The translations under genes were made by a program, and so were the position numbers. Source: Oikopleura dioica (taxonomy: Eukaryota; Animalia; Chordata). From it: a stretch of DNA of 64,000 nucleotides. Positions 1 to 10,925 of the stretch are shown here, in pieces. Numbering within the stretch: position 1 is the stretch's first letter; each line of letters opens with the position of its first letter. The stretch spans positions 62,001-126,000 of the forward strand of contig OU015570.1 in NCBI GenBank assembly GCA_907165135.1, written 5' to 3'. The notes below the pieces were generated by a model, which saw only the letters and a program-made list of their open reading frames with translations, made no database searches and was not told the origin of the DNA.

Positions 1-978
1 TCGCATTTTGTTCAAATTTTTCGACCTCCACCCATAAAAATCAAATGGATAAATTGTAATGTCTTCCAAAATATTAACTGACCCCTCTCTTGTATCCTTA
101 ACCAATGTAAGAACCTTTATTTCGACCTCCTCACTTTCCTCATTTTCACAAATATTTATTTCAAAAGTTCTCTTGCCCGTATCAAACGACCTTAAGTCGA
201 GCAAATGAAGAAAGTCCAAACCGAGAATGCCCGAAAAATTAACTTCTCAATACACGTGGTCGGTAAAACCGACCACGGCGACTTTGGCCCTCAATAACTT
301 CGAAGGTGGTAATCCGTTTGACCTGATTTTTGCAATGTGCACTTATATGAACAAACCGAACCACTCTGCGAAGTTTCGTGAAATTTTTCAAGAGGGATTG
401 CGCTTTGCACCAGATCTCTTTCGAGCTCATTATCGAAAAATTGGAAGGTTTTTTCTCCTTGATAATAACATGAGTAAATAGCTGAGTGTTCAGGCTTTCT
501 AACAGTAGAGTTTAAAACTTATTAAATCGACGGAAAAATGAATGAGAGATCAAAATAGTCGGCGCTGTTTTTCACACTCCGAATTTGGCGCGCCGCGCGG
601 GCTGAATAATACTTGGTGGTCGGTTTTCCCGACCCCGTGTTTTGAGCGCTTAGTCGCCCGCCCGTGTATTGAGAAGTTAAGGGGCTCTTCCAAAACATAA
701 AAATCTCTATTTGTATATTCTTTCCCGTTCACAATTATATTCGCCTCTAAAACCTTATCTATGGTACCCATTCTACTATTCGCCGCATTTGACAAAAATA
801 TTTCTGGTATATTCTTAATTTTAAACCCTGATCCTTCTTAAAATTTTTTATGAATAAATGATTTTTGACTTCCTGTGTCTAACAAAAAATTCTCTACTTC
901 TTTTTCTATTCCTATTGATTTCTTTCCTCGTTTTTGGTACTGTTTAAAAATGATAGAGGCCGTCGGTAACGAATTCAT
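1..978 (-). pseudogene. pol: LTR-retrotransposon pol, aspartic protease region (interrupted; runs off the window edge)
   Basis: Frame from ATG 978 reads MNSLPTA...ENFLLDTGSQKSFIHKKF*EGSG...RDFYVLEEPLN (DTG at 871-879, in-frame TAA 838-840). Removing 243-676 plus one TTAA continues in frame as FSGILGLDFLHLLDLRSF..., giving both protease signature motifs. The frame stays open to base 1. Confidence 0.85.
243..676. mobile_element. piggyBac-like MITE inserted in pol
   Basis: TTAA at 239-242 and 677-680; 14-bp TIR CTTCTCAATACACG; excision restores the protease frame. Confidence 0.85.
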
Positions 979-1890
979 TTTTTATCTTTCTCCTCGCAGT
1001 CATAAATCCAATGACCGGATCTGTTGCAGATTTTACAAACGTAATCCGGCGGTGGTCGATTTTTCCTCTTTTCACCGTCTCGCCTAAAGTTTTGTTTACT
1101 ATCTCTAGATCTACAATCTAATGAACGATGCGAACGGCTTCCGCAGAGCCAGCACTGGTCCTTCCCAAAATACTTTCTCCGCCTACATTCCGTAGATAGG
1201 TGGTTTTTCAAACCACAAATAAAGCAAGATTTTCCTTCCAATCTGTAACCTTGCTTTTGCTTTTTTCCTTCTCGACCGTAATTTTTATCTTTCGAAAAAT
1301 TTTTCCCGTGATGAAAAGCATTAACCGAAACGTCTGCCTCGCTTGCCACTTATGAGTCTAAAATTTGTTGGGCAATTTGAACGACCTCTTGCCCACTTTT
1401 ACCAGCAATGATCAGGTCAAACAACGGCTCGTTCTTTATGCCATTGGGTAGTTTCTTGATAAACTCGCGCTTCAATATGGCCTCCAATATTTCCTTCGAC
1501 AAATTCTTATTACCAAGTTTGATCAGGTTTTCGATCTCGAAATACTGGTCAAGTAATTGCCTATCCCTAGTGAGCGTATAATCCTCCAGTTTCTTCTCCA
1601 AAAATGATCTATTGTAATTTATCAAGTGAATAAGTGCGTCCCTTAAATCCTCAGGTGTAGCATTTGGTCTGTTTTTAAGTGTTTTTATCAAATTTCCCTG
1701 GTATTTTTCACCCAGACTTCCTAGCAGTAAACTTAACCTAGTATTATTTCGCTTTACTCCTGCCAGATTTAAAATATACATCGAGTCTTGAAACCATGAC
1801 AGCGGATCCTGAAAACTTCCTTCCCCTTTACCAAAAATCGGGGGTGACCCTCCCAATGCCTGGACACCCTTCGAATGCCTGGATTTTCCA
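975..1890 (-). pseudogene. gag: LTR-retrotransposon gag: capsid-like domain plus three CCHC zinc knuckles, split by one in-frame TAA (1350-1352)
   Basis: Track ORFs 1350-1856 and 975-1349 are contiguous and in frame. Knuckles are CFICGLKNHLSTEC, CWLCGSRSHRSLDC and CKICNRSGHWIYDC (CX2CX4HX4C). It lies directly upstream of the protease; the 5' end is cut by a repeat at ~1891. Confidence 0.88.
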
Positions 1891-2263
1891 ACGCTCTTAA
1901 GTTGGAAAATTTACGATCAAACTAGGATGACAGTGGGAAAAAAATGATGAATGAAAATGCATAAAAAGAATTTTTTCCAAAACTCTAAAAATGCATCTGA
2001 GGTCATTTTTACCTATTTATGATAAAAAAATTACGATCTTTGAATCAGAGGCTATGATTTCACCTGAGAAAAAAGCGTAGAAAACAATTTTTTTCAATGA
2101 TTTTTCAGGTTGAAATAAACGTTATTCTAATTATTAATTAAAAATTCCTAAAAACGCTCTAAAGTTGGGATTTTTTCAGATAACAAAATTTGGAAAATAT
2201 TGGCAAAAACGCTCTTTAGTTGGGCGCTCTTAAGATGGAAAACCACGGTATATCAAATGCATA

Positions 2264-2763
2264 CAGTGTGAAGCACTTTTTAGGCCGATATTTGGATGAC
2301 AGCGAATTTCAAAAGTGGCCTTAAAATGGATATTTTTTGTCCCGAGTCGGATGACAAGAAATTTTTCCCTTTTTTGGACAAAAAGTTATTAAAAATTTAA
2401 ATCATGAACATGAACCCTGCAATGATTTTTAAGAGAAAATCGAGCAGTTTGAAGATCTCGAGAAAAAGTTCTGGAGAAACAAGAGGAAAAATTGGTCGAC
2501 ACACAACACGTCCTTCAACATTGATTGAGAGTGTAAAAGTGCCTCAAGTTCAAGGGACAGACAATGCCGACGCTGAGAAGCCATTGACTTCATAATGGCC
2601 GGAGACGCAGTCAAATATAACTAGCATTTTTAAGTGAAACTTTCGGATTTTGAATAACAATTGAAAAAAGTGGCCTTAAAATGGTTTTTCTAGGATGACA
2701 GATTTTGGGGATTTTGCGAAAAAGTGGCCTTAAAAGGGTCGGCCTTAAAGGTGCTTCACACTG
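2264..2763. mobile_element. Tc1/mariner-pogo non-autonomous element carrying a transposase C-terminal relic (2403-2637, +)
   Basis: TA-CAGTGTGAAGCAC...GTGCTTCACACTG-TA. Internal frames read ..CNDF*EKIEQFEDLEKKFWRNKRK.. and ..EKPLTS*WPETQSNITSIFK-TGA (PIP-box-like end). Confidence 0.85.
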
Positions 2764-2769
2764 TATATA

Positions 2770-4510
2770 TAGGGAAAATCGACGAAAAACGAGTTTTTTT
2801 TTTTTGGGCTTAGTAGAATACAGTTTTAGAAAGCCCAGGAGCTGGGGATCATTTTGACTATTGATAGTAAGGGGTTTGACTCATACCCTGGGGCACTTTT
2901 GGCCTTCCAAAGGGCCAAATATCTGGTACTCTTCGGACAGGGGACCGTAACTTCTAGTATCCCGGGTCTGTGGAAATAAAACTTATACTCGGTTGTAGAG
3001 GAGACTCTGACGGTTCCGAATATGTGTAGAAAACCACCGGGACCCCCACCTCTAGAAGGCGCTAGAGGCTCTAGAAGTTGAGGAAGTCAACCAAAAATCA
3101 GTACTTTTTGTCTACAAAAGGCTGGAAATGTTGTATTTTCATTCGAAATCGATTATAAATAATTTGTAGCGATTTTGTGATATTCAAAAATGTCAGTTGA
3201 GGTAATTTGAGGTGAATTTTCAGGAAATTCTAGATCTCCCTTTGATGACCTAAAAGTGCCCAAAATCACCCAAAAACTTATTTTTAATCTTTCAGAATCA
3301 TTAAAAATGTTATTAAAATCGATTTCGAATGAGAATACAACATTTCAAGCCTTTTTTAGACAAAAAGTACCGATTTTCGATTGACTTCCTCAACTTCTAG
3401 AGTAGGGCTCGCCAAAAAAAATCGATGTCGATTCTCCCCTACCAATTTTGCTTGAAAAATTCCCCGTTCTCTACTAAGTAAAATGATATGTAAATGTCAA
3501 TCGTAGCTTTTGGGGAAAAAATTCTAGAGCAAGGCTGAATTTCGAATTTTCGGGATTGAAATCACGGCGTGTCGGCTAAATTTCTGTCGTAATTTGATGA
3601 TTTTTCATTTTTCAAGCTTACATTTTTGTGCTCTTTTCAATAAGCTGTAAATAAGGGGTGATTCCGGATTTCACTTGGAAATCCTTATTGAAAATTGGTC
3701 AAATTATGCCTTTTTTGGTGCTTTTTCAACCTTGAAAATCTTAAATAACCCGAGTTCCCCAACTTTTCCCGCCACCGCAAAATGCCAGTAATAATCGCAA
3801 AGTTCTGCTATGTAAACGTTTAGTCTCAGATCTGGGGAGAATCGAAGAGAACTATTGAAAAAATTTGATTAACTGATAAAAAATGTGTCAATTTTCGAGA
3901 TATTTCCAAAGAACGACTCTTTTTTTAAGAATATTCCAAGAAGAGACCCTTCACGAGACTGATTATTGAAGCTCAAAGTTCAGGCTTCTTATTGAAAGCG
4001 AATTTCAGAGGTCTTAAGGGGTTTTCCCTATATTTTTTTTTGAAAAATCGATAAGACCTCAAAAATGGCAATTTTTATCGAAAAATTTTTGCCAGGGTTT
4101 CAGAGGATGGTCTTATTGAGACTATTGGGTTCTACGGGATGGAGAACACGAAAAACATAACTGCTCTCGATCTCGAGATTTCATGGCGAGCGCTATTCTA
4201 GAGCCTCTAGCGCCTTCTAGAGGTGAAGGTCCCGGTGGTTTTCTACACATATTCGGAACCGTCAGAGTCTCCTCTACAACCGAGTATAAGTTTTATTTCC
4301 ACAGACCCGGGATACTAGAAGTTACGGTCCCCTGTCCGAAGAGTACCAGATATTTGGCCCTTTGGAAGGCCAAAAATGCCCCAGGGTATTAGTCAAACCC
4401 CTTACTGTCAATAGTCAAAATTATCCCCAGCTACTGGGCTTCCTAAAACTGTATTATACTTCCTGCCTACTTAGCCAAAATAAAAGCTCGTTTTTCATCG
4501 ATTTTCCCTA
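2770..4510. mobile_element. hAT-type foldback element with long inverted arms
   Basis: TAGGGAAAATCGA...TCGATTTTCCCTA. The right TSD CATATATA (4511-4518) matches the left TSD once the MITE 2264-2763 is removed. The arms mirror each other for ~400 bp. Confidence 0.85.
3403..4195. mobile_element. hAT-like MITE nested in the foldback arm
   Basis: 8-bp TSD TTCTAGAG (3395-3402, 4196-4203); termini TAGGGCTCGCCA / TGGCGAGCGCTA. Confidence 0.85.
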
Positions 4511-5105
4511 CATATATAAATATGCAATATATAAATTGATGATTTTAACAAAATTTAAACCAAATTTTAGGGCTCTAATCGCTTGATTTTTTCCACATTT
4601 TAGTCTGAACATAGTTCGATCTTTGAACAAGGCTCATGAGCTCAGATTGTGCACCGATAAGTAGTTTAATCCCCTTTTCCGGCGCCGAAGAGCAGGTGTT
4701 TTCGAGTTTTGACGCGCTCTCACAATAAGTAAAATTCATCGGATCTTTTTGTATATGGTATCAGCAGAAAGGAAATTTTTCAGGCTTTCAGGAGATATAT
4801 AATTTTCTACACTTAATTAAGAATTTCAAAATAGCAATTTTCACAGTGCATTTCTATCGAAGGCTAATGCATTAGCGCGCTCATAGAAAAAGCCATATCT
4901 CGAGAAGAAGATAAGATATTGAAGATCTGAAAAAAGGTCTTGAATCGGAATTTCCTAAATAATAAGAAAAATTTGAGTCACCGAATAAGACAGTCTCGGC
5001 CTCGATCGTTGGGGACAAGTTAGATTTTTTTCGGATGACAGATTTCGGAGATTTTTCAAAAAAGTGGCTTTAAGTTGCTCGGGCTTAAGTTGAGGTTTCA
5101 CTGTA

Positions 5106-5758
5106 CAGTACACTCGCACAATTTGGCCCCGCACAATTCGGCCCTTTTTTCGAATTTCGCTAAAACGTTAGAAAATCGCACAATTTGGCCCCCCTGACCC
5201 GTGAGTTTAGCCTAACCCTAACCTAACCCTAACCCTAACCAAGCCATCGACTTGACTTTTCTTTAGCTCTTGAATTACGACTTCTTGGAATTTTTCTTTA
5301 ATTTCATCTTTTTGCTTGTATTTTGGACGGCAGATCTTCTTCGTTACTCGAGTTCCATTCGCATATTCCTTCAGAAGATCTGGACCTTCTCTTCTCCATC
5401 GTTTGTAAGTTGTGGAAGCCATCCGCTTTCCATGCTAATCTTCGAAAATTTTACTCAAATCCTTCGTCTTCATTTTTTGGATGACGATCATTCGGGTGTA
5501 CTTCAATCTTGTTTCGAGAGAGACATCTACGCGAGTACTCCCTAATTTCTTCCTTGGCTTGGTTTTTCTCTCGTTCATTTTAAAGATTACATTAAAAGAT
5601 TAACTTCTTAAAACTAGCAAAAACAACATCAACTGACAGTTAATCAACGGGGGCTTAAAAAAGTTTTTTCGGAAGTCGCACAATTCGGACCCGCACAATT
5701 CGGCCCTTTTTCGACATATCGCAAAAACAAAAAAGGGCCAAATTGTGCGAGTGTACTG
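5106..5758 (-). mobile_element. pogo/Tigger-type deletion derivative with N-terminal HTH transposase relic (5241-5578)
   Basis: TA TSD; 24-bp TIR CAGTACACTCGCACAATTTGGCCC; empty site at ~27450. Frame MNERKTKPRKKLGSTRVDVSLETRLKY...IFED*HGKRMASTTYKRWRR resembles a CENP-B/pogo HTH. Confidence 0.8.
5211..5240 (-). repeat. Interstitial telomere-like (TTAGGG)n tract
   Basis: cctaaccctaacctaaccctaaccctaacc; similar tracts at 46658-46690, 56261-56288 and 62402-62435. Confidence 0.8.
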
Positions 5759-5761
5759 TAT

Positions 5762-6130
5762 TTAAAACGTGTTTTTTGAGAATAAATAGTGCTCATTAGC
5801 TTCGAAAAAATCTAGTTTATTTTATAAATTTGCGAAACGAAAAATTTTCCTGAATATTAGCCAGAGTTCGGACTCTATGGGAGCGAAATTGGGAGTCTCC
5901 TCTGGGAGCCTTCACTTTTTTGGAGCAGGTAGGGAGCAGGAGCATAAGTTTCTTGGACTGAGAGAAAATAAGGAGCTCCCGATTTGCTTTAAATTTATAA
6001 TTTTTCTGTAAATCAACAATTTAATTCCGGAATCTTATCTGCGAACCGAAAACAAGAAAACGCTTACTTTATAGTATTTTCTTAAGAAGACACGTTTTTT
6101 CGACTCGAAATTTTTAAAAATGTCTCTTGA
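5762..6130. repeat. High-copy dispersed element family with AAAACGTCTC / GAGACGTTTT-type ends
   Basis: Near-identical ~250-450 bp units also at ~9110-9531, 15225-15515, 16381-16810, 25686-26020, 33575-33910, 41005-41342, 43168-43520, 51578-51906 and 52572-52890, in both orientations. Confidence 0.75.
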
Positions 6131-6409
6131 AAAATTCTATATTTATATAAAGCCAAAATCACATAAAGTTTGACTTAAATACTATCAGCAAAATGTATGT
6201 TTCGCCGAGAAGAGACGCTTTTTGATTCGTTTATTATTTTTTAATATCAAATGAAATTTAATTTAATGCCCATGCCTGGTTATGGCTAGAAAGGTAGACG
6301 ACGGGTTTCATTCTTTATAAAAAATCATTCTTTAGAAAAAGAAACATTCTTTGAAAATAAAGAATCATTCTTTTTCGGGTGGCTCAATAAAGAATGATTC
6401 TTTTTGTTC

Positions 6410-8351
6410 GAGCAAAATCCTTACCACGACCAGATACCGAGAATGGTCGACGTAAGGATTTGGTCGAGGTATGGAAACCGATAGGAAAATATTTTCAAAA
6501 ACAAAAAATGAGAATGGTCGCAAAAATTAACCGCACTTTACCCCCTCTGAACAGAAAATTTTGGAAATTTATTTTTTTAAATAATTTTTACAAATAATAA
6601 GTTTGATGCATGTCACCAGCTGATGGGGAAAGCTTGGTTATTGAAAAAGAATCATTTAATTCAATAATAAATAAATAAAAAACCGTATTTTAATGATGAA
6701 ACGGGGAGAAACGAAAAAATCGCTCAAATAGCCCTTACCCTAACCCAGACCAACCCGACGAAAAGACACCAAACAACCCGCCCATCGACCCACCAACGCC
6801 GACCAACAACCAAATCAAGAAAAATAATCCATGGTCGGGTAACCCGACTCGGGTGGGTCGGTGCCCGTATTCACTCGACCATTTCCGACCAAGTCGGTTT
6901 TTTTTGATCGGGTCATTGCCGCCCCTAGCTTATAACTAGGGTCGGCGGCGACCACCGACAGTACGGACAATGTCGGGTTTTTGGTCGAGTTTGGTGGGTA
7001 CCCAACATTGACTTGTAGTCGATATTCGGTGGAAGGTTAGGTGGTGGGTTTTTGTTTATTTTTGCGAAAAATTTAAGAAGAAAAATTACGGGGCGCCCTG
7101 GTTATGTCGCCGATTGCCGCTGAATGTCGCCATTTTTTGTTTTTGTCCAAAATTATAAAGTTTTTACCGAAATTGTCAAAACGAATTGGCTCTAGAAATT
7201 GACAGAGTTAAAGAAGGCGTGAAAATAGACGTGTAACCTGCTCGATTAGGGAGGTTCCTATCACAACTGCGCGGAGCGCTTCCTTCTTTCATATTTATTT
7301 GATGATTACATTCACAAAAATATTTTTGTTCTTCAAAAACCTCAATTTTTGAGGGACTTTTAGTCTTGGGCAGTTTCGCATAAAATCTCTAGAACATGTT
7401 GTTTATGTTTTTATCTCTACAAAATTGGGGTGTAGGGCGGCCACGTTCTGCAGCAGAACGGCGTTCTGCAAATGCAGAATGGCGTTCTGTAAATACAGAA
7501 CGGCGTTCTGCACTCAAAAATATTTGCGCTTCGCGCCTGTCTTAAAGGAAATCTCAGAATTTCTTAAGTCAGGAGTTACTCTTTAAGCTTAGCTGAATGC
7601 GTTAAAACTGATAAGAATCAAGTTACATCGTTAAAAAATCCTTATGCAGAACGCCATTCTGCATTTGCAGAACGCCGTTCTGTATTTGCAGAACGCCGTT
7701 CTGGCAGAACGTGGCCGCCCGTCACCCCAAAATTGCCTTTTTGGCGACATTTGGCGACATTCAGCGACATTCGGCGACATTTGACGGGCATATAATCATA
7801 ACAAGTGTCGTCCAAAATTACTTTTATTATTTGTTAAGTAGAGAAAATGTTTTTAGTTACATTGTCTCTAGCTTCATTTTCATAAAAAAGCTTAGAAATT
7901 TATAATAACGAAACTTTCGTTACAAAAGTTTCATAACCCTCATCTCTCGATTTCAAAGATTTTTCGTCATTCTTATTAAATAAAAATACCGACTATCGAC
8001 ACTACCAAAAGGCCGACTCTGTCCGACCCGACACGACCATGATTTGAGTCATTTTAAAGTGACATGACCCGACTAGACCTTAAAAAAGGGTGGTCGGCGC
8101 CGACCCGAGGCATGTATCAGATTGAAAATTCATCAAAATTATTTTTGAAAGAAATATATGTATAAAATTTTCTGCTGAGAGGGGGGTAAAGTACGGTGGA
8201 TTTTCGCGACCACTCTCATTTTTTATTTTGAAAATATTTTCCTATCGGTTTCCTTACCTCGACCAAAATCCTAACCTCGACCAAAATCCCTACCACGACC
8301 ATTTTCAGAATCTGGTCGAGGTAAGGATTTGGTCGAGGTAAGGAAACGCCC
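6410..8351. mobile_element. Foldback composite, family A (17-bp unit CCTTACCTCGACCAAAT), with cargo
   Basis: Terminal modules of tandem 17-mers in both orientations at 6410-6478 and 8247-8351. A fuller copy is at 48369-51493; modules also occur at 18250-18372, 25563-25610, 33987-34080, 37365-37516 and 40843-40930. Confidence 0.75.
7428..7727. mobile_element. MITE with internal GCAGAACGGCGTTCTGC palindromes
   Basis: Termini GGGTGTAGGGCGG / CCGCCCGTCACCC; TSD CAAAATTG; empty sites at ~20065, ~39180 and ~49410. Confidence 0.8.
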
Positions 8352-8691
8352 TTCTCGACCCCCTTTGAACATAATTTTTCAAGCATCATTTTTTGAATAT
8401 TTTTTAATTGAATAATGTTCATTCTTAAAATTATTGTAGCGGTTGCGTTCGATTTCGGCTTTATTTTCAAATTCGAGTTTGGAATCGTATTTTAATTTCG
8501 AACCAATCAGTTATGGCCCATCACCCATGTCCAATGTTGACTGTTGACCGATGAGAGTTTATTGATACTTATATTATATAAATGAATTGCGGTCACGAGC
8601 AGAAATCGCAATTCGAAGAAATGTAGCTGCTACCTGCTTCCAAAAATTTATAATTATTTATAATAATATAAATTTATACACCATACTTCTG

Positions 8692-8810
8692 CCCGGAACG
8701 GGGATAATGTTATTGAACTTCACACTTCAACCCGGAACGGGGATAATGTATGGATATTCTTATTGAACTTCACACTGCAACCCGGAAAGGGGATAATGTA
8801 TGGATATTTA
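8692..8810. repeat. Short tandem repeat (three ~40-50 bp units starting CCCGGAACGGGGATAATGT)
   Basis: Unit starts at ~8692, ~8731 and ~8781. Confidence 0.7.
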
Positions 8811-9816
8811 TGATAGCGCGCGAGCGATATCTATTTTATGACTGCACTATATAATCTATGCAACTGCTTGGTTTAACAATCTTTCTCTCTTTAATAAATA
8901 TTTATATTTTACTCTTCGGAGTCCGGCTGCTTGTCTTTGTATAACCTAAGTCACCATCTAAGAATGACCATATTCTGGTCATTACAATAATATCAAGTAA
9001 TTTATAATCAATAATTGAGTACTTCATATATGTTAACCGACCATTTTTTTACTATATTTATATAAATTAAATTTCGAGTGATTTTAAAAAATATAAACGA
9101 ACCAAAAACGTCTCTTCTCGGCAAAACACACATTTTGCTGATATTATTAAAATCAAACTATATGTCATTTGGGCTATTTATAAATAAAAAATTTTTCAAG
9201 AGACGTTTTCAAAAATTTCGAGTGGAAAAAACGCGTCTTCTAAAGAAAATACTATAAAGTAAGCGTTTCCTTGTTTGTTGTTCGCAGATAAGATTCCGGA
9301 CTAAAATTGTTGATTTTCAAAAAACTTGGAGCAAATTGGGAGCTCCCAATTTACTCTTAGTCCCATAAACTTGTGCTCCTGCTCCCAAAAAAGGAAGCTC
9401 CCAATTTCGATCCGAAAGATTCCGAATTCTGGCAACAATTCAAGAAAATTTTTTGTTTCGCAAATTTTTAAAACCAAACTAGATTTCTTTGAAGCAAATG
9501 AGCACAATCAGTTTTCAAAGGAGACGTTTTAATCAGTAAGTTGATTAAAATAATCTTGGATTCGATAATCAATCAAACAAATATGCTCTAGAATTTATCA
9601 AAATAATCAATGACAAAATTTATTTGGCTTTTGAATTTGTGCAAAACAGTGATCAGCAAGATAAACGGGGAAATTCTGAGGAACCTAACTGAAGAACTCT
9701 TTTTATAAAATTTTGTCAAAGTAAAGACCTTCATCTTTCTTCTGTCAGAAGATTTTTGTTCAATCAAAGAATTTTCTTTATAAAATTTCCAAAAATTTGG
9801 ACACGTCTCTCCAAAT

Positions 9817-10925
9817 TTGAATGATGAGAGTATTCATAGGGGTGATTACGTAACGTCAAATGAATCTTCGAGGGCTGTTATGTTTGAATTTTACTCGAAT
9901 CAGAGGGCATTCGATGAATTTAGATGCGAGCGAGTTCGTTTTTCACGGGAAATCAGAGGAAGTTCTAATGAGAACTCACTTGCTAAGATCGATGATAGAA
10001 TGGCAGCTTTAAAGGTCGAACTTGCAAAGATCGAAGATATGAAAAGACAAATTATGGCGGACACAAAAATTCAGGAAGATTTGCGTGATTTTTGTGCTCA
10101 AGGGTGCCGTTCAAGAGAATTGATTCGGGAAACAAATGGGGAATCGTCCGAGAATGGACTTGTGAAAGAGGGTATCGAGGGAAATGATCAACTTATAGGC
10201 TATAAGTTATAGCGCAGTGTCCCCCATGGAATTATTCATATAAACTAAAACTGCCTGTTCTTTCTACCAGGGTTGAAAATTTCGGGAAAAATCGAGGAGC
10301 GAGCGGAGCGATGAGCGATTTTGAAACGATTTTGAAGCGATTTTGAGCGATTTGAACCCAAAAAGTCCGGAGTGGAGCGAGCGGAGCGGAGTGAGTGAAA
10401 TTTTCAACCCTGCTTTCTACCGATGAGACTGACGGGGAAAACAAATTTACAGATGTCAATTCCTGGTTTACCAGCATAACGTTCCTTATGGATTTGCAAA
10501 ATATCACTTCAAGAAAGTCAAGACTAGCAAACTTGCTGGCAAACATTGGTGGTTCGCATCAGGGAATGGTGTCGAAGGCGTTTATTTGAAGGATAATCCG
10601 ACTGAGGATGATGTCTTGAGTAAATTATTGAAAATTTTGAATTACAATAAAAGTTTTATTGAGCATGAAATCGAGAAATTTCAGATCGACAGTAAGAAAC
10701 AATTGATGACGCAATTTCATGCGTTACGAAATATGGTTGCACTTTTATATGAAAAAACGGCTTTAGGGAAAAATCATGAAATAACAATCGATCAGATAAC
10801 ATTGCGGGAGTTAAAAACTAAACTGCCGAAAAAGTTTCAGATAATATTATTTTTCGACTGGGAATCGAAAATAAAAAGCCCTTAGAAATTGTCGAATTGG
10901 CGCAAAAATACTCGATTGTGCATAG
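9817..10925 (+). pseudogene. Second Gag paralogue: coiled-coil N-region plus capsid-like domain, no zinc knuckle or pol downstream
   Basis: Aligns by eye to gag 1350-1856: FTDVNSWF..SRLANLL vs FQDPLSWF..TRLSLLL, LNYNKSFIE vs INYNRSFLE, ELAQKILD vs QIAQQILD. Rebuilding needs removal of the hAT MITE 10268-10412 and four single-base additions, each at a short base run. Confidence 0.75.
10268..10412. mobile_element. hAT-like MITE inside Gag paralogue
   Basis: 8-bp TSD CTTTCTAC (10260-10267, 10413-10420); TIR CAGGGTTGAAAATTT. Confidence 0.9.

Larger units (their letters stand above)
1891..6027. repeat. Segmental inverted duplication, copy 1 (partner 27184-32160)
   Basis: Mirror ORF pairs 2404/30147, 4183/28375 and 4362/28196 share a midpoint near 16277. 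The pogo insert is only in this copy and the foldback insert only in the partner. Confidence 0.92.

Noticed and set aside
227-481. 84-aa ORF as a gene
   Set aside because: It lies almost wholly inside the TTAA MITE and straddles its boundary.
2433-2475. FEDLEKKFWRN as a KDM4 JmjC fragment (FEELERKYWKN)
   Set aside because: The match is short with no flanking similarity; its position inside a TA-flanked element with a PIP-like end favours a transposase tail.
9301-9532. Repeated ORFs MEQIGSSQ... / MCSFA... and the WSKSLPGP-type repeat ORFs
   Set aside because: Chance frames in high-copy repeats; their ends vary with homopolymer length.
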